This document shows positions 1-7,238 of a stretch of 12,646 nucleotides of DNA, one piece after another. The stretch's first letter is position 1. Each line of letters opens with the position of its first letter. The DNA comes from Chlorokybus atmophyticus (Eukaryota; Plantae; Mesostigma and Chlorokybus algae). The position numbers were made by a program, and so were the translations under genes. The notes below the pieces were generated by a model. The model did no database searches, was not told the origin of the DNA, and was given only the letters and a program-made list of their open reading frames with translations. The stretch spans positions 1 through 12,646 of the forward strand of contig RHPI01001168.1 in assembly GCA_009103225.1 (NCBI GenBank), read 5' to 3'.

Positions 1-72
1 GGAGCTGTCGTGGCAGCGGGAGCGGGAGCTGTCGTGGCAGCGGGAGCGGGAGCTGTCGTGGCAGCCGGAGCG
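1..72 (-). repeat. Coding 24-bp tandem repeat (three copies, runs off the window edge) encoding APAATTAP in gene A
   Basis: ggagctgtcgtggcagcgggagcg at 1-24 and 25-48, and at 49-72 with one substitution. Confidence 0.95.
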
Positions 73-2137
73 GTTTCTTTCTCCTCGTCCTCGTCACTGG
101 AAGATTGTTCTTCCTGCTCTTGTTCTTCCGACGCATTTAAAGTAGCGGAAGGTGAAGGCTGTGAGGTCCCCGCAGCAGAATCTGAAGGTTGTGGGGCCAC
201 GGTCACCCCTAATAGCGCAGCCTCCTGCTGTAGCCGTAACAGCGCCTCCTCCCTCCTTTTTTTCTCCTCCTGCTCCCTCCTCTTTCTCGTCTCCTCCTCC
301 AGCCTCCTCTTCCGCTCCTCCGCCTGCTGCTCCTTTTCTTCCTCTTCATCCACCGGCGTCTTCAAGACGAACCCTAAGCGCGCAGCCTCCTGTTGTAGCC
401 GTGCGACCGCCTCCTGTCTCTTCCTCTCCTCCTCCTCCTTCCTCTTCCTCTCCTCCTCCTCCTTCTTCTTCCTCTCCTCCTCCTCCTTCTTCTTCCTCTC
501 CTCCTCCTCCTCCTCCTGCCTCTTCCTTTCTGCCTCCTCCTCCTGCCTCCTCCTCTCCTCCTCCAGCTCCTGCTGGCTCCTCGCCTCCACCTCCATCGCC
601 TCGGGTCCCGGCAGAGAATGGAAGCTACTTGTTGAAGCTTGTTGAAGACCACCCGCCAGCATACGCCTGATCTCCAAGAGGTGCTGCTCGTTGATCTTTA
701 CGGTGTTATGGGTCTCGCGCAGCAGAGCTGAGGGAGTGTTTGCCTCTTTGCGTAATCTGTCCTCCAGCACCTTGCGCTCTTTCTCCAGCTTTTCGCGTGC
801 AGTGCGCAGCTCCTTGTGCTCCCTGGCAGCTTCTTTCAGAAGAGCCTTGGCTGCTGCCTGCAAGCACATACAACTCAAGGTGAGTGTACCAGTCAGTGTA
901 TCCCCTGCAGAATGCACAAAGAGTAAACACACCAAAGACCTTGTCCAAGTCTAGCTGTTTTCTTTCAGTCTTCAAGATTTCACGACAAGAATTCATGTTG
1001 TCAAGAACAGTCAGCGACTGTGATCTCTCCGTTTGGATGGTGTTCCGCAATTGTTGCAAGCTCTGTTTTTCCTCAGCTGCAAGGTCTAGCATTCTCTCCA
1101 CGCGTTTAGACACTAAAGACATCTTCTTGACAGCCTGTGCCATTCGTAAATGCACCAATGAAGCGCAAACTGAAGCAATCAAGACCGGGTTGTGGACTTA
1201 CCTCGTTCAAGTTGTCCACAAGCTCCTCGGTGGCCAGCACCATGTCCCAGGTAGGGTGTGCCAGTTCTGTGGGCTTGACATGCGCCTGCAGGGCAGATGC
1301 ATTCAGTCAGTCAGTGTGCATCCGTCAGACCCTACATCCACAAGCTTGGCTGCATGTAGCTGCTTGCTTACACTTCCAGACCGCGTTGCTTTGGTAGACT
1401 TTGCTGGCGTTTGTGGAACTGAAGGCTGGCCGTTCTTCTTGGAGGATGATTCTTGTCTTGGCTTTTTTGCTGGGGTCTCAGCTGCTGGTGGTTCCTCCTC
1501 CTCTGATTCCTCCTCATCCGACACCTCCTGCTCCTCCTCCTGCTCCTCCTCCTTCCCCTTGTCCTTCTGCTCTGATGCAGCTGGATTGGGAGGATGCGTG
1601 TACACCCATTTGTGCCCGGTTGAAGTCTTCTCCAGCTTCCATCCTTCGGGGGGGCCGCTAGGTCCCCAATCTTCCGGTTTTGCCAAGTGCTCACCATCCT
1701 GTATGGGTAGTTACTTCAGCTTTAAAGATACATAAACAGACAGAGATGCATACACAGACAGAGATACATACAGCTAGCAGCAGCATACCTACAGCAGCAG
1801 CATACATACAGATAGCAGCTTGAACACAGACAATAAAACTTGCAAAAATGCAGCTATGTAAGCATGAACCAAGCAAGCTCACCTTTATCTGCTGCACAAC
1901 TTGGTCGGTGAGCTGCTGCAACTCGGAGCCGTGAGGGAGCTTCTCCTTGGGCGTTGCTCCTGGCAGTTTCTCAAACTGTTCAGGGCCCACACGAATCTTG
2001 GTGCAGGTGAGGGAGCCAATGTGCTGCTTGACCTTGCTGACAACGGACCTCTGCAACAAGACTTGACAATATTTGCAGCGCCAAGGCTGCTCTGCACCAG
2101 ACTGCCAGTATGCACTAGCCTCTGCCTTGCCCTTCAT
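1..2137 (-). CDS. Gene A: spliced gene, 3' end outside the window. N-terminal BED-like zinc finger, acidic linker, coiled coil, E/K/R-rich charged helix, APAATTAP repeats. Exons 2137-1883, 1698-1372, 1285-1202, 1134-940, 857-<1
   Basis: Four phase-0 GT..AG introns (184, 86, 67, 82 nt; donors gtgagc, gtaagc, gtaagt, gtcttt) join into one stop-free frame: MKGKAEASAYWQ..WRCKYCQVLLQRSVVSKVKQHIGSLTC (W..Cx2Cx14Hx5C, BED-like) ... AVKKMSLVSKRVERMLDLAAEEKQ ... AAAKALLKEAAREHKELRTAREKLEKERK ... EEERRRQEEEAERKRQEEEEEEKKKEEEE. The last exon is missing from the ORF track because it has no stop inside the window. Confidence 0.8.
1736..1820. repeat. Short duplications/microsatellite inside intron 1 of gene A
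   Basis: acagacagagat(g/a)catac twice (1736-1753, 1754-1771), followed by agcagcagcatac twice. Confidence 0.8.
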
Positions 2138-2270
2138 GCTTGCTATGCTCAATACGCTGCAACAGCTCAACGCTTCACAAACCGAGGCCACCAAGCACGC
2201 CGCCGCCACACACAGGAATAGCCGTTGTATGTCCTATGTATGCTGCTGTGGCTATTTATTACTCAGGAAT

Positions 2271-2299
2271 CCTAACCCTAACCCTAACCCTACCCTAAC
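2271..2299. repeat. Interstitial telomere-like (CCCTAA)n tract, TTAGGG type, between divergent genes A and B
   Basis: cctaac cctaac cctaac cctac cctaac read directly from the sequence. Confidence 0.85.
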
Positions 2300-2360
2300 T
2301 TGTGCGCAGCTGACTTCTGCGCAGTAAGACTCCGAAGAAGCACAGCTGTCCGCAGTGCTT

Positions 2361-2412
2361 CGGCGGCGGCGGTGGCGGCGGCGGAGGTGGCGGTAGTGAA
2401 GGTGGTGGCGGG
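2361..2412 (+). repeat. (GGC/GGT)n tract upstream of gene B
   Basis: cggcggcggcggtggcggcggcggaggtggcgg...ggtggtggcggg. Confidence 0.85.
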
Positions 2413-2535
2413 AGTGAAATCGGTGGTTGACTGTTTTGCGTCTTGGCGTTTCCGGGCCTACTTGCTAGGTTGCGGTGCTGGAAGCTGTTTCTAGCTGCTA
2501 CCAAGCTGCAAGGTTGTGTGCTGCTCTCAAGCACA

Positions 2536-4940
2536 ATGTCAGTGTATAGGATGAGCGTTGAGCTTATCTCCAAACGGGTAGCTAAATTGTTGAGAGGGGT
2601 TCCAAGTGCACAAGCAATAGCGGAGAAGTTCAAGGAGGAAGAGATTGATGGAGAAGCTTACTACAGCCTCTCAGCAGAAATTCTTGCACAGATCACACCT
2701 AGGCTGAGCATTGCTTCGCGGATCCTTGAAGACGTGCAGAAGTTGAACAGGGATGAGCCGAGGTTGCAAGCTGAAGATGAAGAGGAGCAAGACGAGGCGG
2801 GAGCACAACCTGGGGACACAGGTGTGCTTGCTTTCAACTAGTCTGCTGCCAAGCTGCTGGTGCAACTTAATTGCTCCTGCAGCTGAAGCTCTGCTTGCTC
2901 ATTGGTGTGCTTTGGTCTGCAGCTTCAGTCAAGCTGAAACTACAACTCAATTGAACCTGCGGCTTGGCTGGAGCTGCAGCTTGAGTAAAAGCTGCATATC
3001 GGCTTTCTACCAAGCAGAGCCTCAGCCAAGCCGCAGCTGCAGTTTAGCTGGAGTGGTAGGTTGGGTGAAGCTCTACTTGCTGTATTTTGTACGCTTCGGT
3101 CTGCAGCTTCAGTCAAGCAACAGCGTTAGCCAAGCCGCAACTGCAACATAGCTGAAGCTGCAGCTTGGCTAAAGCTCTGCTTGCTTTGCTCTCTTTTGCA
3201 AGTGCCATGCGCTGACTGTTGGCCTTGTGCGCAGGAGCTGTTGATGAAGTTAACTGCGAAGACGAGTCAGAGGCAGTCAAGAAGGCAAAGCTGGAGGAAA
3301 AGTGCTTTGCCCCTGTCGCTGACAAGCCTAGGGGACTAGAGCTAAATGGGCAAGCTTACTTGAAGAAGAAGGACGAGACACAGTGGAGAATACAGGAGGA
3401 CAACCGCAAGCTTCTAAAGGAGAAGCTGTGGGCCAAGTTCCCAGACCACTGTGTTGGCAGGAGCTTCAATCGGGCCGGCCCAGATTATGACATGAGGGAG
3501 GAGGTGGTGGCGGATGTAATGCAGAATCACACTCCGCTGGAGATCAACGGACAGACATTGCGCTGGCCTGCAAGTAAGTAATCTGCGTCTGCCTATGTGC
3601 ATGTGCGTTTATATGCCACCTGCCAGATGTCTTGTGCTTCCTGCAGAATGACTGCTCACTGCCTCTTGTTTGCAGAATGGATTCGTGAGCAAATCCGCCG
3701 GTTTGTGGATAATGCAAGACGGGGCCATCCATTAACGCCAGGCGAAACGGTAGGCTTGACCCGTGAGCAGCGCAAGGAGAAGATGCGCGCTGCACGCGCT
3801 GAGAAGCGCGCTGACGCAGAGGAGCCAGCTCCACGCCGCTCGCGCACAGACTACGGGCTTGGCCCACATTTCACCGTTGCAGACTTTCCCTCCAGCCAAA
3901 ATGCTGTGCTGCTTGCCTTGTTGACTGCTGAGCCGCCTTCTCAAGCGCAGCTGCGTGAGGACTGGGTGGCTTTCAGGTACGCCATTTATCCTCTTGCACA
4001 AGGCCTTTGCACCCGCACTCGTAAGGAATTCATATGCGGCTGGTGCTGCAGACCCGCAGGAGATGCTGCAAGCACCAGCGGCAGCAGCAGCCGCAGGGTT
4101 GTGGCTGTTGGGCGCGGTCAAGTACTGGAGGTGCTTGAGCAAGAGACTCCTTGGCGCAGCTACAAAGTGAAGGTGCTGGAGTGGTACAACGCCAAGGGTA
4201 TCGGTGATCAACGCGTCTACATGCCAGTACGTGACACGGACGGGTATGCTGGCCAGATGACCGGGGACGAGCACTTGTGCAGCAATATCTTGGTGAGCGT
4301 AGTAGAGTGTGTGCTGCGGCACAGCACATTGCAAGCGTAACTGCAAGGAAGATTATATGCGTGACATGCAATGCGGCTGCTTGAGTGATGCAGGGACGCA
4401 GTTGTGCTTGGCCTGCATCCTTGGTAGCCCCGTCTGCAGTCTGCCCTTGCTCAGACTGCTCTTCAGGCGACTGCATTGCAGAAGTCACCCCAAGATGCGT
4501 TCGCGCGCTCGTGGTTGACAAGCGCGTGCAGCCAGAAGACCAGCATGACATCAATCAGAGGGTAAGAACGTTGCAGTGGGCTGTAACGTGTGCAGCATGC
4601 TTGCATGATGCACACTTGTAACAATTCTTGCTTGCAGATCAATCGTTGCTCTGACCACCTCATGCACTTGGCTGGCATCTGCTGCAATACCTTGTGCGCC
4701 AATGTTCCCAACCGCGAGAGCTTGCTGGAGGTGTACACTTCCTGGAGGGGGACATACGGGACGCAGATTGGGAGGCTGCCGAAGGAGGACCATCTGCTTG
4801 CAAAGTTCACTGACTCGCAGATCGGTCTCATGCTTGTTACATTTGCAGTCAACAAGCGCTGGCTGGTACAGGATGACTCTGGAGAAGCACGCTATGGCTG
4901 GCACTGGAATAGTCAAGCCAAGCGCCAACCCGGTTTATAA
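2536..4940 (+). CDS. Gene B: spliced ~570-aa protein of unknown function with an N-terminal SAM-like domain. Exons 2536-2821, 3235-3573, 3676-4292, 4394-4561, 4638-4940
   Basis: GT..AG introns of 413, 102, 101 and 76 nt with compatible phases (1,1,0,0) give a continuous 1713-nt frame ending in TAA. AIAEKFKEEEIDGEAYYSLSAEIL..LSIASRILEDVQKL resembles the SAM signature (F.E.EIDG.AL..L...L). The acceptor of intron 3 (4393) is the least certain junction. Confidence 0.7.
2850..3190. repeat. AGCT-rich direct and inverted repeat cluster in intron 1 of gene B
   Basis: 21-bp direct repeat ggtctgcagcttcagtcaagc (2914-2934, 3098-3118); 14-bp inverted repeat at 2957-2970 and 3023-3036; 12-bp inverted repeat at 3101-3112 and 3152-3163; about 15 AGCT tetramers counted by eye. 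Confidence 0.8.
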
Positions 4941-4987
4941 TTGGGTACCAAGGTGAAGACCTTCGCTCAACTTTTTTGCAGCACCGG

Positions 4988-5110
4988 GTCTAGCTTCCAT
5001 GCAGCTTCCTTGCAGCCGCCAGTCTAGCTTCCTGCTAAAAGTCTGACTTCTTGCTAGCAGTTTAGCTTGCTACCAGCAGTTAGCTTCCTGGTAGCAGTTA
5101 GCTTCTTGCA
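4988..5110. repeat. Degenerate TAGCTTCC repeat with a hairpin, downstream of gene B
   Basis: Six (t/c)agctt cores; agcagttagcttc twice; 9-bp stem tgctaccag (5068-5076) / ctggtagca (5088-5096). Confidence 0.65.
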
Positions 5111-5310
5111 AACAATTGGAGCCTATTCTAGTACTAGTTAAGAGTACATGGTACAATGTAAACTCCATATGAGGTTAAGATTTCTTTACCAGGAAAACTG
5201 CCTGCAACTTGCCTGCATATGCCTGCTATATTGTGCTGCTAATTTTGGAATGAATGGCTGGGCCGTTATCGGCATGACTGCTGGTCCACCGAGGTCGACA
5301 CACCAGGAAC

Positions 5311-5735
5311 TGTGCCGTCAACGGCACGACTGCTGTTGCTGCTGTGCCGACGTCGGCAGCAGTGCTACTGTGCCGAAGTCGGCAGAAGCGCTGCTGTGCC
5401 GAAGTCGGCAGAAGTGCTATTGTGCCGAAAACGGCAGGATCGTTGCTGTGCCGAAGACGGCAGAAGCGCTGCTGTGCCGAAGACGGTGGGGTCGCAGCTG
5501 TGCCGAAGACGGCAGCAGCGCTGCTGTGCCGAAGACGTTAGAAGTACTGCTGTGCCGAGGTCGGCCCAACGCAGTTTGCCCCGTCAGCGGCAGTAACCAG
5601 CTTGTGCCGGCTGACAGATGGTGACTTACGATCCTCTGCCGGCACAAAGCGACTTGTGCCGTCTTGGGAGAAGAACTGCTCGCAGAACTCGAAGGCAGGT
5701 GCCGCTGACGGCACAACTGGCTTGTGCCGAGAACG
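5311..5735. repeat. 26-bp minisatellite, each unit containing the palindrome TGCCG-N4-CGGCA
   Basis: tgtgccg recurs at 5343, 5369, 5395, 5421, 5447, 5473, 5499, 5525 and 5551 (exact 26-bp period). Degenerate copies lie at 5311 and at about 5604, 5655, 5700 and 5723. Confidence 0.95.
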
Positions 5736-5875
5736 GATTCTGCTGCAGGCGCCGTGTGTGTCCACTTGCAACTGAGCAGCCGACTTGCGAATGAAACTAC
5801 CCTATAACATTGAGTCTAGCTGTCGGACTCATGCGCAGCTTGTCAACCCGTGGTGGCCTGCCTCATAACTCCTCC

Positions 5876-6731
5876 TCAAACCCCTTCCTCCTGTTCCTCC
5901 TCCGACGAGTCTTCTGCTTCAACGCCGGAGTCATCTTCATCCGCTGCCTCGCTCGCTGACAGTACAGCGGCTACTTCGTCCTTCAGCTTGAATGTCAGCG
6001 CCTCGCCGTGCACGCGCATGCGCTTGATGGTTGCTTTGAGAGTGACCACCTGCATTTGGTAATGCTGTAAGAGTGGCGTGCTGCCAGAGGACTAGCCCAT
6101 CAGCATACACACGCTTACCTCGTCTTCCGCTTTGTTGCACTCCGTCAGGCAGACAGTTAGCCTGCCGCGCTGCTCTTGGTTCACTTTGACCAACATGGCA
6201 ATCTGCAAGCATACTGCTTAATTACCGCTGGAAACATTAAATTAGGGCATGGATTACCCGTTCGTGGTACTCCGCAGCTTCTCTTTTGCGATTTGTGAGC
6301 TCCCGCAAGTAGAAATAAGCTGTGCATTTGCGAGATTGGTCAGGCTGTTCATGTGCATGACACTGGAGGTTGTGCATGAGGGTGTGCATGTGGTATTGAC
6401 AATGTATGTCAAGTGCAAAATACTTGAGGCTGTGCATGTGCAAGATAAAAGAACCCTAGCATGTGGCATTGACAGTGCATCGTAACCCACCTTGGTTATG
6501 CCAGTCTTGTTTGGTCCCTTCAATCATGTCGCCGTGGTCGCAGCTGCTGGTGGGTCGGATTTTCTTAGAGGCAGTATTGTGGTGTGCCTTTGCCCACTCG
6601 GAGGGGGAGCCCTGTAAGATATCGCCCGAGTCACTGTTGTCATTGGATGTGCCCTTGGTAGTCTTGGTGGGGTTTGACACCGAGGACACCCCTCCGGCAC
6701 CCTGCCCGCCTTGTGCGAACATGGAATTCAT
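5876..6731 (-). CDS. Gene C: spliced 186-aa protein with a predicted coiled-coil core and an acidic tail. Exons 6731-6491, 6319-6258, 6202-6119, 6049-5876
   Basis: Three GT..AG introns (171, 55, 69 nt; donors gtgggt, gtaatc, gtaagc) with matching phases give MNSMFAQGG...DWHNQAYFYLRELTNRKREAAEYHERIAMLVKVNQEQRGRLTVCLTECNKAEDEVVTLKATIKRMRVHGEALTFKLKDEV...DEDDSGVEAEDSSEEEQEEGV-TGA. No family recognised. Confidence 0.65.
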
Positions 6732-6844
6732 CCCGGACCTCGACCACAATGCCCACTACGCCCCTGGTAGCGCCGCCGACGATCCTCCAAACGCCACATA
6801 CCCTCGGCATCACGCCCCTGTAAGGGCATAGCCTGGCGGAGCTA

Positions 6845-7081
6845 TCAATGGTGTTTTCATGCGCAGGGGGACTAACATTGCCAGAGTTGTCAATGGTACG
6901 AACTGCCATTGCCATTGTACAAAGGTACCATTTCAATGGTACCTTTGTACAATGCCTATACCTTTTGGCAAAGGCATCTTCGTACCATTGAAACGGTTCA
7001 ATCACGATATATATATATATATATATACAGAGACTCACCCTGGACGTGCAATGGCTCGATCGTACCATTATAATGGTACGA
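6845..7081. repeat. Array of (C)AATGGTAC motifs in both orientations forming perfect palindromes
   Basis: Perfect 20-bp arms at 6913-6932 and 6935-6954 with a 2-nt loop; flanking 13-bp inverted repeat at 6890-6902 and 6979-6991; perfect 22-bp palindrome tcgtaccattataatggtacga at 7060-7081. Confidence 0.95.
7007..7026. repeat. (AT)10 microsatellite
   Basis: Read directly from the sequence. Confidence 0.95.
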
Positions 7082-7105
7082 CGGAGCCAGTGAATGGCGG
7101 CCAAG

Positions 7106-7113
7106 TTTCCCGC
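7106..7113 (+). promoter_or_regulatory. Possible E2F-binding site TTTCCCGC upstream of the transposase
   Basis: Exact match to the canonical E2F octamer, 125 nt upstream of the ATG. A single 8-mer can occur by chance. Confidence 0.25.
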
Positions 7114-7125
7114 CTCTGGCATGCA

Positions 7126-7172
7126 GGGGTAGCGGTAGCGGTGGCGGTGGCGGCGGCGGCGGCGGCGGCGGG
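7126..7172 (+). repeat. (GGC)n tract upstream of the transposase
   Basis: ggggtagcggtagcggtggcggtggcggcggcggcggcggcggcggg. Confidence 0.9.
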
Positions 7173-7238
7173 TGTGCGTGTTGCTGGATATGATGCAGGT
7201 TACATTGGCGACACCTGTGTCGACGTTAGTAGTGAGAT

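Noticed and set aside
10-670. ORFs 10..645(+), 152..670(+) and 374..652(-) as genes
   Set aside because: Ser-, Pro- and Arg-rich shadow frames of the GAG/AAG-rich last exon of gene A, which splices in frame to upstream exons.
691-1735. ORFs 691..954(+), 884..1735(+), 1401..1661(+) and 1368..1697(-)
   Set aside because: Antisense or off-frame shadows of gene A exons.
2271-2299. True chromosome end or telomere-targeting retroelement junction
   Set aside because: Only about five units, flanked on both sides by genes, with no non-LTR RT or poly(A) tail adjacent.
3641-3647. Proximal acceptor cctgcag for gene B intron 2
   Set aside because: It gives an immediate TGA. The acceptor at 3675 keeps the frame open.
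5068-5141. Helitron 3' end (hairpin plus CTAG)
   Set aside because: The CTAG motifs are about 35 nt from the hairpin, farther than the usual 10-15 nt, and no Rep/helicase is present.
5311-5735. CRISPR array
   Set aside because: The ~12-nt segments between the palindromes are homologous to each other rather than unique spacers, the period is only 26 bp, there are no cas genes, and the context is eukaryotic.
5148-5771. ORFs across the minisatellite (5148..5624, 5312..5596, 5344..5541, 5417..5716)
   Set aside because: Open in several frames only because the repeat unit lacks stop codons. No protein-like features.
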